A stretch of 64,000 nucleotides of DNA from Pseudomonadota bacterium. Its GTDB lineage: Bacteria > Pseudomonadota > Alphaproteobacteria > Rhodobacterales > Rhodobacteraceae. Shown here in pieces: positions 47,885 to 57,430 of this stretch. The stretch lies in the NCBI GenBank assembly GCA_046049665.1, contig JBJOQW010000060.1:21056-85055 (forward strand). The letters run 5' to 3'. Under the pieces are notes generated by a model. The model saw only the letters and a list, made by a program, of their open reading frames with translations. It was not told the DNA's origin and ran no database searches. Within the stretch, counting starts at the first letter, position 1; each line of letters begins with the position of its first letter. The position numbers and the translations under genes were made by a program.

Positions 47885-49852
47885 ATGATTGTTGAGCTTG
47901 GCCATTTTGCGCTGATCCTTGCGCTGGCAGTAGCGGTGATCCAAACCGTTGTGCCGCTGCTGGGCGCGCATCGGAACAATGCGGTGTGGATGGGGGTGGC
48001 GGGGCCTGCGGCGATGCTGCAACTGGCTTTGGTCGGCTTTTCCTTTGCGGCGCTGACCTATGCCTTCATTGTGTCAGACTTTTCGCTGCGCGTGGTGGTG
48101 GCCAATTCGCATACGCTGAAACCGATGCTGTACAAGATTGCGGGCACATGGGGCAACCATGAGGGGTCGCTGCTGCTGTGGGTGCTGATCCTCGCGCTGT
48201 TCGGGGCCTGTGCGGCGGCGTTTGGTGAAAACCTGCCAGCCACGCTGCGCGCGCGCGTCATTGCAGTGCAGGGGTCTATTGGCGTGGCCTTCCTGTTGTT
48301 CATGCTGCTGACATCAAACCCTTTCCTGCGGCTGGATGTGCCACCGATGGACGGACGCGATCTGAACCCGCTTTTGCAAGACCCGGGTTTGGCCTTTCAC
48401 CCGCCCTTCCTGTATCTGGGCTATGTTGGCCTGAGCATGGCGTTTTCCTTTGCCGTAGCCGCCCTGATTGAAGGCCGCGTAGATGCCGCATGGGGCCGCT
48501 GGGTACGCCCCTGGACACTGGCCGCGTGGATTTTCCTGACCATCGGCATCGCCCTTGGGTCCTGGTGGGCCTATTACGAACTGGGCTGGGGCGGGTTCTG
48601 GTTCTGGGACCCGGTGGAAAACGCCAGTTTCATGCCGTGGCTGTTCGCGGCCGCCCTGTTGCATTCTGCCATCGTGGTGGAAAAGCGTGAAAGCCTGAAG
48701 GCATGGACGATCCTGCTGGCCATTCTGGCCTTTGGGTTCAGTCTGATAGGAACGTTCATTGTGCGGTCAGGCGTGATTACATCCGTGCACGCTTTCGCAA
48801 ATGACCCGGAGCGTGGCGTGTTCATCCTGCTGATTTTGGCCGTCTTCACGGGTGGGGCGCTGATGCTGTATGCCGCGCGGGCAAATGTGCTGCAGGCGAA
48901 GGGCGTGTTCTCACTTGTCAGTCGCGAAGGCGCGCTGGTCACGAACAATATCCTGCTGGCCGTGTCATCCCTTGTGGTGTTTGTCGGCACGATCTGGCCG
49001 CTGGTGGCCGAAATCGGCTGGGGTGCAAAGCTGAGCGTGGGTGAGCCTTTCTTCAACGCAGCCTTCACGCCCTTCATGGTGGCGCTTGGGCTTATCCTGC
49101 CCGTTGGCAGCGCGCTTGCGTGGAAGCGCGGGTCGATCAGCCGCGCGGTGGTGGGCCTGTGGCCCGTCGCCCTGCTGGCGGTGGCGCTTGGTGGCCTTGC
49201 CTTTGCGATGCAGACAGGGCGCTCGGCGCTTGGGCCGATTGGCGTGATGCTGGGGGTCTGGGTGGTGTTTGGGGCCGTCGCTGACCTGTGGTCACGCACG
49301 GGGCGGGAAGGGTTTGGCGCGCGGGTGGGCCGCCTGACGCGGTTGCCGCGGGCCGACTGGGGCAAGGCCACGGCACATGCGGGCCTGGGTGTGACGATCT
49401 TTGCGGTGGCCGCGATGAACGCCTGGAAGATCGAGGATATCCGCGTCGTGCAGGAAGGTGACCGTTTTGCGCTTGGTGCCTATGAGGTGGTGCTGAACAA
49501 GGTCACGCAGGCCAATGGGCCGAACTACTCCACGACCATGGCGGAAATGGCGGTATTCCGGGGTGGCACGCCGGTTGCGACATTGTACCCGGAAAAGCGG
49601 TTCTACCCGGTGCAGGGCATGCCAACAACCGAAGCGGCCATCGACTATGGTTTCTTGCGCGACATCTATCTGGTGATTGGCGATCCGCAGGATGGCGGGG
49701 GCTGGGCGGTGCGCAGCTATGTTGAACCCTTTGCCAACTGGCTGTGGGCGGGCGCGCTGCTGATGGCTTTTGGCGGGGCGATCAGCCTGTCAGACCGGCG
49801 CTACCGGGTGGCGGCAGGCGCGCGTCGTGCGGCAGCGGTGCCTGCGGAATGA
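47885..49852 (+). CDS. ccmF: cytochrome c-type biogenesis heme lyase subunit
   Basis: MIVELGHFAL, WGGFWFWDPVEN (WWD motif). Confidence 0.95.
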   Translation: MIVELGHFALILALAVAVIQTVVPLLGAHRNNAVWMGVAGPAAMLQLALVGFSFAALTYAFIVSDFSLRVVVANSHTLKPMLYKIAGTWGNHEGSLLLWVLILALFGACAAAFGENLPATLRARVIAVQGSIGVAFLLFMLLTSNPFLRLDVPPMDGRDLNPLLQDPGLAFHPPFLYLGYVGLSMAFSFAVAALIEGRVDAAWGRWVRPWTLAAWIFLTIGIALGSWWAYYELGWGGFWFWDPVENASFMPWLFAAALLHSAIVVEKRESLKAWTILLAILAFGFSLIGTFIVRSGVITSVHAFANDPERGVFILLILAVFTGGALMLYAARANVLQAKGVFSLVSREGALVTNNILLAVSSLVVFVGTIWPLVAEIGWGAKLSVGEPFFNAAFTPFMVALGLILPVGSALAWKRGSISRAVVGLWPVALLAVALGGLAFAMQTGRSALGPIGVMLGVWVVFGAVADLWSRTGREGFGARVGRLTRLPRADWGKATAHAGLGVTIFAVAAMNAWKIEDIRVVQEGDRFALGAYEVVLNKVTQANGPNYSTTMAEMAVFRGGTPVATLYPEKRFYPVQGMPTTEAAIDYGFLRDIYLVIGDPQDGGGWAVRSYVEPFANWLWAGALLMAFGGAISLSDRRYRVAAGARRAAAVPAE

Positions 49853-50286
49853 TCCGGGTCTTTGTCCTGTGGCTGTGCCTTGCCGTGCCTGCCCTGGCAG
49901 TGCAGCCGGATGAAGTGTTGCCGGACGCGGGGCTAGAGGCGCGGGCGCGGGCGCTGTCGCGCGAGTTGCGCTGCGTGCAGTGCCAAAGCGAAAGCATTGA
50001 TGACAGTAATGCATCCATCGCGCGTGACCTGCGTATTCTGGTGCGAGAGCGGCTGCTGGCGGGGGATACGGATGCGCAGGTGCGTGACTATCTGGTCGAA
50101 CGCTATGGCGAGTTTGTGCTGCTGAACCCGCCGGCACGCGGGCTGAACTGGGTGTTGTGGCTGGCAGGGCCGGCAATGCTGCTGGCAGGCGGGGCAATTG
50201 CCGTTGCCAGCACGCGCAAACGCGCCGAGCCTGCGGGCCTGACCGAAGAAGAACAGGCACGTCTGCAAGCGTTGACCAAGGACTGA
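49849..50286 (+). CDS. ccmH: cytochrome c-type biogenesis protein CcmH/CycL
   Basis: Signal peptide plus LRCVQCQSESIDDSNA. ATGA overlap with ccmF. Confidence 0.92.
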   Translation: MIRVFVLWLCLAVPALAVQPDEVLPDAGLEARARALSRELRCVQCQSESIDDSNASIARDLRILVRERLLAGDTDAQVRDYLVERYGEFVLLNPPARGLNWVLWLAGPAMLLAGGAIAVASTRKRAEPAGLTEEEQARLQALTKD

Positions 50287-50353
50287 CGCGGCGTTTTGCT
50301 GGCATGAGGGCGCGGGCGGGGTAGGGTGCGACAAAACCCCGAAAGGTGCCCAG

Positions 50354-51121
50354 ATGGACGTGCTTTATACCCTGCAAGACGGCGTTGCCGTGGCCACGAT
50401 CAACCGCGCATCAGTGATGAACGCACTGAACCGCGCAGTGCGCCAAGGGCTGCAAACGGCAGTGGCGCGCGCGGCGGCAGAGGCGCGGGTGCTGGTGATT
50501 ACCGGCACCGGGCGGGGGTTTTCATCAGGGCAGGATCTGACAGATGCCAAATCCCTGGCCGATGTCGATCTGGAACGCACGTTGCGGGATGAATACGAAC
50601 CGCTGCTGCTGGCCATTGCCGATTGCCCCATTCCCACCATTGCCGCCGTGAACGGTGCGGCGGTGGGGGCAGGGGCCAACCTTGCCCTTGGCTGTGATGT
50701 GGTGATTGCCACTGAGTCCGCAAGTTTCGCGCAATCCTTTACAAAAATAGGCCTCGTGCCCGATGCAGGCGGCACCTATTGGCTGCCGCGCCAGATCGGC
50801 CTGCCACGCGCCATGGGGGCGATGCTGTTTGCCGACAGCGTGTCAGCCCGGCAGGCCGCAGACTGGGGCATGATCTATGAATGCGTGCCCGACACCGATT
50901 TTGCTGCACATTGGCAGGCCCGCGCGGCAAAACTCGCCTCCGGCCCCGCAACCGCCTATCGCGGCATCAAGGCGCTTTTACGCGCCTCGGCCACGGCCAG
51001 CTTGCCGCAGCAACTCGCGCTTGAGGCGGAATGGCAAGGCCGCTGTGGTGCCAGCCCGGATTTCGCTGAAGGCGTCATGGCCTTTCTGCAAAAGCGCAAG
51101 CCGCAGTTCGGTGGACGCTGA
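50354..51121 (+). CDS. enoyl-CoA hydratase/isomerase family protein
   Basis: Crotonase fold: INRASVMNAL, TGTGRGFSSGQDL, AAVNGAAVGAG. Confidence 0.9.
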   Translation: MDVLYTLQDGVAVATINRASVMNALNRAVRQGLQTAVARAAAEARVLVITGTGRGFSSGQDLTDAKSLADVDLERTLRDEYEPLLLAIADCPIPTIAAVNGAAVGAGANLALGCDVVIATESASFAQSFTKIGLVPDAGGTYWLPRQIGLPRAMGAMLFADSVSARQAADWGMIYECVPDTDFAAHWQARAAKLASGPATAYRGIKALLRASATASLPQQLALEAEWQGRCGASPDFAEGVMAFLQKRKPQFGGR

Positions 51122-51127
51122 AAACCA

Positions 51128-51161
51128 AAAGGCCCGCGCGCATCCCTGCACACGGGCCTTT
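51128..51161. terminator. hairpin terminator (better U-tract on the minus strand)
   Basis: AAAGGCCCG ... CGGGCCTTT with a 16-nt loop. On the minus strand it is followed by UUUUGGUUUU. Confidence 0.6.
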
Positions 51162-51180
51162 GCATCCGCTTTGCGCCTGA

Positions 51181-51348
51181 TCAGGCGGCTTTGCCATAGA
51201 CGGCGTCATAGGCAATGCGTTCTGCATCGCCCGGATAGATATCAAGGTCCAGCGCCACATCCAGCGGCAGCTTTGCGATTTCATCGCGGGTTTTCACATA
51301 AAGGGCGCGCTTTTCAAACGCTTCCTTGAACTGAGCAATCATATTCAT
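51181..51348 (-). CDS. small protein (55 aa), DUF1127-like?
   Basis: GGAG lies 6 nt upstream of the chosen ATG. ...TRDEIAKLPLDVALDLDIYPGDAERIA loosely resembles the DUF1127 R-x-EL-x-L-x-D-x-x-L-x-D-I-G pattern. Confidence 0.45.
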   Translation of the reverse strand: MNMIAQFKEAFEKRALYVKTRDEIAKLPLDVALDLDIYPGDAERIAYDAVYGKAA

Positions 51349-51476
51349 TTTCATCTCCATCACATCTGCAAGGGTCTGCTTTTTCTTCCTTGCCGGGTGA
51401 ATATGGGTCCCACAGGTGCCGCCAACAACCCGCAATGCTGCGGTGCGGCTATGCGCCCTGCGCATGGCTGGCCAAT

Positions 51477-51504
51477 AAAAAAGGGCAGCCAAAGCTGCCC
51501 TTTT
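51477..51504 (-). terminator. intrinsic terminator of gap
   Basis: Stem GGGCAGC/GCTGCCC, loop CAAA, flanked by A6 and T4 (bidirectional architecture). Confidence 0.85.
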
Positions 51505-51524
51505 CGTAGCAAATTCAACGGATG

Positions 51525-52526
51525 TCAGATCAGCTTGCCCATGGCCACAGCCGTATCAGCCATGCGGTTTGAGAAGCCCCATTCATTGTCATACCAGCTC
51601 AGGATCGAGCACATCGTGCCATCCATGACTTTGGTCTGGTCCATGTGGAACACCGATGAATGTGGATCGTGGTTGAAATCCATCGAGACGTTCTTATGCA
51701 TCGTGTAGCCCAGAATGCCCTTCAGTGGCCCGTCCGCCGCAGCCTTGATGGCCGCGTTGATTTCCTCAACACTGGTGGCGCGCTTGGCGATGAACTTCAG
51801 GTCCACGACCGAGACGTTCGGCGTGGGCACACGGATGGCAAAGCCGTCAAGCTTGCCCTTCAATTCCGGCAGCACCAGACCCACGGCCTTGGCGGCACCC
51901 GTGCTGGTCGGGATCATGCTCAGTGCTGCCGCGCGGCCACGGTACAGGTCCTTGTGCATGGTATCCAGCGTGGGCTGATCGCCCGTGTAGCTGTGGATCG
52001 TGGTCATCATGCCCTTTTCGATGCCAATGGCATTTTGCAGCACATAGGCCACGGGCGACAGGCAGTTCGTGGTACAGGATGCGTTTGACACCACGATGTC
52101 ATCGCGCGTCAGCGTGTTGTGGTTCACGCCATAGACAATCGTCTTGTCCGCGCCATCACCGGGGGCCGAGATCAGCACGCGCTTGGCACCATTCTCCAGA
52201 TGCGGCAGGCACTTTTCCTTGCTGGTGAAGATACCCGTGCATTCCATCACGATATCGACATGGCCCCAAGGCAGGTCTGCCGGGTTCTTGATTGCGGTCA
52301 CTTCGATGGGGCCGCGGCCTGCGTCAATCGTGGTTTCGGTTGTCTTTACGGTGCCTGGAAAGCGGCCATGAACGCTGTCAAACCGCAGAAGATGCGCGTT
52401 GGTTTCAACCGGGCCCAGATCATTGATCGCAACAACTTCAATATCCGTGCGACCTGATTCGATGATCGCGCGCAGCACGTTGCGGCCGATGCGGCCAAAC
52501 CCGTTGATGGCTACCTTGACGGTCAT
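51525..52526 (-). CDS. gap: type I glyceraldehyde-3-phosphate dehydrogenase
   Basis: INGFGRIGR, active-site [10 protein letters not shown]. Confidence 0.97.
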   Translation of the reverse strand: MTVKVAINGFGRIGRNVLRAIIESGRTDIEVVAINDLGPVETNAHLLRFDSVHGRFPGTVKTTETTIDAGRGPIEVTAIKNPADLPWGHVDIVMECTGIFTSKEKCLPHLENGAKRVLISAPGDGADKTIVYGVNHNTLTRDDIVVSNASCTTNCLSPVAYVLQNAIGIEKGMMTTIHSYTGDQPTLDTMHKDLYRGRAAALSMIPTSTGAAKAVGLVLPELKGKLDGFAIRVPTPNVSVVDLKFIAKRATSVEEINAAIKAAADGPLKGILGYTMHKNVSMDFNHDPHSSVFHMDQTKVMDGTMCSILSWYDNEWGFSNRMADTAVAMGKLI

Positions 52527-52619
52527 GACATTCTCCTGAAATGGCCCGGTGACCCGGGGGAAGCTGTTTCTGACCCAGAACCAGAAACTGCGGTAAGATT
52601 CAACTGGCTTTCGGCAGTG

Positions 52620-52775
52620 TCAGCGCCAGAAGGCCAGGTATTCAACCAGATCAAACAGCTTGCGCAGAATGAACATCGTCGCGTTGCCCGCGTTCAGGAC
52701 ACGGTCAAGGATCAGTGCCAGAATAATGACACTTGCAAGAATGATGGCAGCACGGTTTGACACAAGGTTTCCCAT
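52620..52775 (-). CDS. possible small membrane protein (51 aa)
   Basis: One hydrophobic helix (AAIILASVIILALIL). Lies 93 nt upstream of gap on the same strand. Weak SD. Confidence 0.3.
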   Translation of the reverse strand: MGNLVSNRAAIILASVIILALILDRVLNAGNATMFILRKLFDLVEYLAFWR

Positions 52776-52860
52776 AACGCCTGCGCAAGCTAGATGAAAT
52801 GAAACAAAACCGGAAGTGCCGGGTTGTACCAACGGTTTGACAGATACGGGAGCGTGGCAC

Positions 52861-53817
52861 ATGAGCGGATTGATTGCGTTGCTGGATGATGTCGCGGCGA
52901 TTGCCAAGGTGGCAGCGGCCTCGATTGACGATATTGCGGCGGCCACGGCCAAGGCAGGGGCAAAGGCGGCAGGTGTGGTGATTGACGATGCCGCTGTCAC
53001 GCCGAAATACGTGCATGGTTTCTCGGCCGACCGCGAATTGCCGATCATCTGGCGCATTGCGCTTGGATCGCTGAAAAACAAGCTGATCATTCTTCTGCCG
53101 GGGTTGATGCTGCTGAACTACTTCCTGCCCGCGGTGATCACACCGCTTCTGATGCTGGGCGGGGCATATCTGTGCTTTGAAGGGGCGGAAAAGGTGTTCC
53201 ACGCCTTTGCACCGCATGCTGACCATGAGGTGGAGGCGGATTTTGATACTAAGGACCCGGCCCATCTTGAGGAAGAAAAGGTGGCAGGGGCGATCAAGAC
53301 AGATTTCATCCTGTCAGCCGAAATCATGACGATTGCCTTGGCGACGATCGAATCCACCAACCCCTGGATGCAGGGCATTACGCTGGCCGTGGTGGGCACG
53401 ATCATTACGGCCGTCGTCTACGGGGCTGTGGCGCTGATCGTGAAGATGGATGATGTGGGGCTGCGGTTGGCGGCAACGTCACGGACAGGTGCCGCGCGGG
53501 CATTCGGGCGGGGGCTGGTGCTGGCCATGCCAAAACTGATGTCGTTCCTGTCGATTGTGGGCACGGCAGCGATGCTGTGGGTGGGCGGCAATATCGTGGT
53601 GCATGGCATGGATGTTCTGGGCTGGTCTTGGCTCTATGACCAGATCCACCATCTGGCAGAAGCGGCGGCCCATGCCGTGCCGGTGGCCACTGGGTTCGTG
53701 ATGTGGGCGGTGACGGCGTTCTTTGACGGGATTTTCGGGCTGATCCTGGGCCTGTTGCTGATCCCGGTGGCCACAAAGGTGATCATGCCGCTGTTTGGCG
53801 CAAAAGCCGCGCATTGA
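52861..53817 (+). CDS. DUF808 (YedI-like) membrane protein
   Basis: MSGLIALLDDVAAIAKVAAASIDDIAA...KTDFILSAEIM. Confidence 0.85.
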   Translation: MSGLIALLDDVAAIAKVAAASIDDIAAATAKAGAKAAGVVIDDAAVTPKYVHGFSADRELPIIWRIALGSLKNKLIILLPGLMLLNYFLPAVITPLLMLGGAYLCFEGAEKVFHAFAPHADHEVEADFDTKDPAHLEEEKVAGAIKTDFILSAEIMTIALATIESTNPWMQGITLAVVGTIITAVVYGAVALIVKMDDVGLRLAATSRTGAARAFGRGLVLAMPKLMSFLSIVGTAAMLWVGGNIVVHGMDVLGWSWLYDQIHHLAEAAAHAVPVATGFVMWAVTAFFDGIFGLILGLLLIPVATKVIMPLFGAKAAH

Positions 53818-54185
53818 TGGGCGATCTGGCGGTTCTGCTGGGGCGCGTGCTGATTGCAGCGCTGTTTCTGGGTGGGGCGGCACAAAAGTGGATCAGCCCG
53901 GGGCAGGTGGAAGGGATGCTGGCAGGCATGGGGTTGCCAGAGTGGCTGGTCTGGCCCGCAGCGCTGTTCAACCTGCTGGCAGGACTGGCGCTGATTGCCG
54001 GGGTGCAGGTGCGGTTGGTGGCGTGGCTGCTGGCGGCATACTGCGCGGCCACCAGCGTCTTTCACCTGATCCCGTCAGACCCCTGGCAAATGTCGATCTT
54101 CGTCAAGAACTGGGCCATCGCCGGGGGCTGCCTTGTGCTGGCAGCCCATGGCGCAGGGCGCTTTGCATGGCCGACGCGTGGGTAG
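53817..54185 (+). CDS. DoxX family membrane protein
   Basis: LGRVLIAALFLGGAAQK...FNLLAGLALIAG. TGATG overlap with the DUF808 gene. Confidence 0.8.
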   Translation: MGDLAVLLGRVLIAALFLGGAAQKWISPGQVEGMLAGMGLPEWLVWPAALFNLLAGLALIAGVQVRLVAWLLAAYCAATSVFHLIPSDPWQMSIFVKNWAIAGGCLVLAAHGAGRFAWPTRG

Positions 54186-54213
54186 CTGAAAATTTTAGTA
54201 CTAAAATTTTCAG
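54186..54213. repeat. 28-nt perfect AT-rich palindrome CTGAAAATTTTAGT/ACTAAAATTTTCAG
   Basis: Perfect 14+14 dyad occupying 28 of the 38 nt between the convergent doxX and tkt stops. Confidence 0.95.
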
Positions 54214-54223
54214 GTCTGCGCGG

Positions 54224-56245
54224 TCAGAGGATGGCCTTTGCGGCCGCCACCGCAGCCTCAGCCGTGATGCCGAATTCGGCGTACAGCCGTTCCGCCGGGG
54301 CCGAAGCACCAAAGCCGGTCATGCCGACGAAGGCCGATTTCCCCTCACGCCCGCCTTGACCCAGCAACCACTGATCCCAGCCCTGGCGCACGCCCGCCTC
54401 AATCGCCACGCGCACCGCGCCGGGCGGCAGAACCTTGCGGCGGTAGGCGGCATCTTGGGCGGCGAACAGCTCCATGCAGGGCATCGACACCACGCGCGTA
54501 CCAATCCCTTGGGCTTCCAGCAGGTCTTTCGCTTTCAGCGCGATCTCAACCTCTGACCCGGTGGCCATCAGGATCACTTGACGCTTGGCCACCGCTTCGG
54601 CCAACACATAGGCACCTTTGGCGACCAGGTTCTGGTTGGTATGGGTCTTGCGAACGGTGGGAAGGTTCTGGCGTGACAGCGCCATGACCGTGGGGCGTTT
54701 TTTCTCGGAAAACGCAATCTCCCAGGCCTCGGCCGTTTCCACAAGATCAGCCGGGCGCATCACCAGCGTGTTCGGTGTCGCGCGCGAAATCGCAAGATGC
54801 TCCACCGGCTGGTGCGTCGGACCATCCTCGCCCAGACCGATGCTGTCATGCGTCATCACATAGACGACCGGCACACCCATCAGCGCCGACAGGCGCATCG
54901 ACGGGCGGGCATAATCGGTAAAGCACATGAACGTGCCCGAATAGGGCCGCACGCCGCCATGCAGCGCCATGCCGTTCATCGCGGCCGCCATACCGTGCTC
55001 GCGGATGCCGTAGTAGACATAGCGCCCCTTGCGGTTGGCCGGTTCAAACGTGCCCAGATCGGCGGTCTTGGTGTTATTCGACCCCGTCAGGTCGGCTGAC
55101 CCGCCGATGGTTTCGCCCATGACCGGGTTGATCGCCGTCAGCGCCCTTTCGGATGCCGCGCGCGTCGCGATCTTGGGTGCATCGGCCACGGCCTGCTTTT
55201 TCACCGCGCGCACGGCAGCCGCCAGTTTGGCCGGCGCATCGCCGTGGAAAATGCGTTCGAACTCTGCCTTCTTGGCCGGGGATAGCGCGTTCAGCCGCGT
55301 ATGCCATGCAGCATGTTCCGCAGCACCGCGCTTGCCCACTGTTTCCCACCAGGCCTTGATGTCTTTTGGAATCTCGAATGCAGGGCTGCTCCAGCCATAG
55401 GCCTCTTTCGCCGCCGCCATCTGGGCCTTGTCCGTCAGGGCGCCATGCCCCTTGGACGTATCCTGCGCGGCGTGTCCCAGGGCGATATGTGTCTTGCAGG
55501 CGATCATCGCAGGGCGCGCGCTGGCCTTGGCGGCGGTAATGGCGCGGTCGATATCCACAGGATCGTGCCCATCGCAAGAGAACACATCCCAACCGCTCGC
55601 CGCAAAGCGCGCCTTCTGATCGGTGACATCAGCGATCGAGACCTTGCCATCAATTGTGATGCCATTGTCATCCCACAGCACGATCAGACGTGACAGCTGG
55701 TGCTTGCCTGCCAGACCGATGGCCTCTTGTGAGACACCTTCCATCAGGCAGCCGTCACCGGCGATGACATAGGTGTAATGGTCCTGCACCCTCGCCCCCC
55801 AGCGGGCGCGCAAGGATTCCTCGGCCATGGCAAAGCCCACGGCATTGGCAATGCCCTGTCCCAAGGGGCCGGTGGTGGTTTCAACGCCTGCCACATGGCC
55901 GTATTCCGGATGGCCTGCCGTAATGGCGCCCCACTGGCGGAAGTTCCTGATCTGATCAAGCGTGACATCGGCATATCCGGTCAGGTAGAGCAGGGAATAG
56001 ATCAGCATGGACCCATGCCCGGCCGACAGGATGAACCGGTCACGATCCGGCCAACGCGGTGACGAAGCGTCAAATTTCAGATGGTTGGCAAACAGCACGG
56101 TGGCGACATCGGCCATCCCCATCGGCATGCCGGAATGGCCGGAATTGGCGGCAGCGACGGCGTCCAGTGTCAGGGTGCGAATGGCGCAGGCGCGCATCCA
56201 GTGGTCAGGGTGAGTGGTGCGAAGGGTCTGGATATCCACGGGCAT
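54224..56245 (-). CDS. tkt: transketolase
   Basis: [16 protein letters not shown], ThDP motif GDGCLMEG. Start at MPVDIQTL (the ATG at 56260 is also possible). Confidence 0.96.
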   Translation of the reverse strand: MPVDIQTLRTTHPDHWMRACAIRTLTLDAVAAANSGHSGMPMGMADVATVLFANHLKFDASSPRWPDRDRFILSAGHGSMLIYSLLYLTGYADVTLDQIRNFRQWGAITAGHPEYGHVAGVETTTGPLGQGIANAVGFAMAEESLRARWGARVQDHYTYVIAGDGCLMEGVSQEAIGLAGKHQLSRLIVLWDDNGITIDGKVSIADVTDQKARFAASGWDVFSCDGHDPVDIDRAITAAKASARPAMIACKTHIALGHAAQDTSKGHGALTDKAQMAAAKEAYGWSSPAFEIPKDIKAWWETVGKRGAAEHAAWHTRLNALSPAKKAEFERIFHGDAPAKLAAAVRAVKKQAVADAPKIATRAASERALTAINPVMGETIGGSADLTGSNNTKTADLGTFEPANRKGRYVYYGIREHGMAAAMNGMALHGGVRPYSGTFMCFTDYARPSMRLSALMGVPVVYVMTHDSIGLGEDGPTHQPVEHLAISRATPNTLVMRPADLVETAEAWEIAFSEKKRPTVMALSRQNLPTVRKTHTNQNLVAKGAYVLAEAVAKRQVILMATGSEVEIALKAKDLLEAQGIGTRVVSMPCMELFAAQDAAYRRKVLPPGAVRVAIEAGVRQGWDQWLLGQGGREGKSAFVGMTGFGASAPAERLYAEFGITAEAAVAAAKAIL

Positions 56246-56445
56246 GATCCTGCTTGGCATTGACGGGCTATGCGCGGCTTAGCGATGCTAACACCCAAGA
56301 TCAAGGTCGCCCTGCAAGGCTTTGGTGCCAAAGGGGGCAATCCGCCGCCTTTGTTGCAAGTTCAGGGTTGACGGCAGCACTTTCGAATCGCAACCTTGGC
56401 GCGATGGGCTGGGGTCGCCCGGCTGTGAAAAAGGGTGCTGTGCTG

Positions 56446-56991
56446 ATGCAAGACATTGCCGAACTGGAACGCCGGATCACAGCGGCGCTGGCGCGGATCG
56501 GGGCCGGGCTTGACCATGCGATGGCAGCACCGCCACCGCCACCGCCTGTGATGGCAGCACCTACGACGGGAAGTGAGGCACTGCTGCGGGCCGAACTGGA
56601 TGAAGAACGGATGCTGAATGCCCAGCTTCAGGAACGCATCAAGGTGATTTCAGCGCGCGAAGCAGCCTTGCGCGAGGCAAAGTCGGTCGAGCCAAAACCA
56701 GTGCATGTTCCAGTGGCACAGGCGCAGCTTGAAGCGCGGATTGACAAGATGACACGTCAGTTGGACGTGCAGGGGTTGGAACTGCAGCGCATGCGCAAGG
56801 TGACGGTGCAACTGCGCGAGCAACTGGCGCGCCTGCGCGAGGCGGCAGAGGCGGGCACGACCGAGCCGCATCTGATCAACAAGGCGATGCTGACGGAACT
56901 GGAGGCGCTGCGCGCGGCGCGGGCTTCGGAAGTGGCCGAGATGGATGAGATTTTGTCGGAACTGTCACCCCTGATTGGCGCGGAGGCCTGA
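56446..56991 (+). CDS. coiled-coil protein upstream of zapA (ZauP-like)
   Basis: 181 aa with heptad-rich Leu/Glu/Arg/Ala sequence and a proline run. The zapA ATG follows 4 nt after its stop. Start moved to MQDIAELERR. Confidence 0.65.
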   Translation: MQDIAELERRITAALARIGAGLDHAMAAPPPPPPVMAAPTTGSEALLRAELDEERMLNAQLQERIKVISAREAALREAKSVEPKPVHVPVAQAQLEARIDKMTRQLDVQGLELQRMRKVTVQLREQLARLREAAEAGTTEPHLINKAMLTELEALRAARASEVAEMDEILSELSPLIGAEA

Positions 56992-56994
56992 GTG

Positions 56995-57354
56995 ATGCCA
57001 GAGATCGATATTTCCATTGGCGGCAAGGTGTTTCAGGTGTCATGTCAGCCGGGCGAGGAACATTTCCTGCGCGGTGCGGCCCAGATGCTGGACAATGAGG
57101 CGCAGCCGTTGATGGCACAGATGGGCCGTCTGCCCGAAGCGCGTATGCTGCTGATGGCTGGCTTGATGCTGGCCGACAAGACAGCCGCCGTTGAAGATGA
57201 AATCAGAACCTTGCGCACCCGCCTGACCGAGCTTGAAGCCCGGCCAGTCGTGACGCGCGATGTTGCCGTGATCCCTCCGCAAGTCGTGGAAACACTGGCC
57301 GAAATCGCGGCGCGGGCCGAGGCCTTGGCAGCGCGGGTGGAAGAGCGCGCCTGA
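56995..57354 (+). CDS. zapA: cell division protein ZapA
   Basis: I.IGGKVFQVSCQPGEE..L..AA..LD. GGAGG SD 8 nt upstream of the ATG at 56995. Confidence 0.85.
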   Translation: MPEIDISIGGKVFQVSCQPGEEHFLRGAAQMLDNEAQPLMAQMGRLPEARMLLMAGLMLADKTAAVEDEIRTLRTRLTELEARPVVTRDVAVIPPQVVETLAEIAARAEALAARVEERA

Positions 57355-57362
57355 CAAAAGGT

Positions 57363-57427
57363 GTAGGGTGCGCTACAGCGCACCATGCCTTTCTTCGCAA
57401 GGGAAGGTGCGCTGTAGCGCACCCTAC
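57363..57427. terminator. 65-nt nested inverted repeat (22-nt perfect arms) between zapA and grxD
   Basis: GTAGGGTGCGCTACAGCGCACC-N21-GGTGCGCTGTAGCGCACCCTAC. Each arm itself contains the dyad GGTGCGCT..AGCGCACC. Confidence 0.7.
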
Positions 57428-57430
57428 CCA

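Noticed and set aside
57355-57430. 6S RNA (ssrS) downstream of zapA.
   Set aside because: Only 76 nt are available, whereas 6S RNA is about 160-190 nt. The sequence is a simple inverted repeat without the central-bubble architecture.
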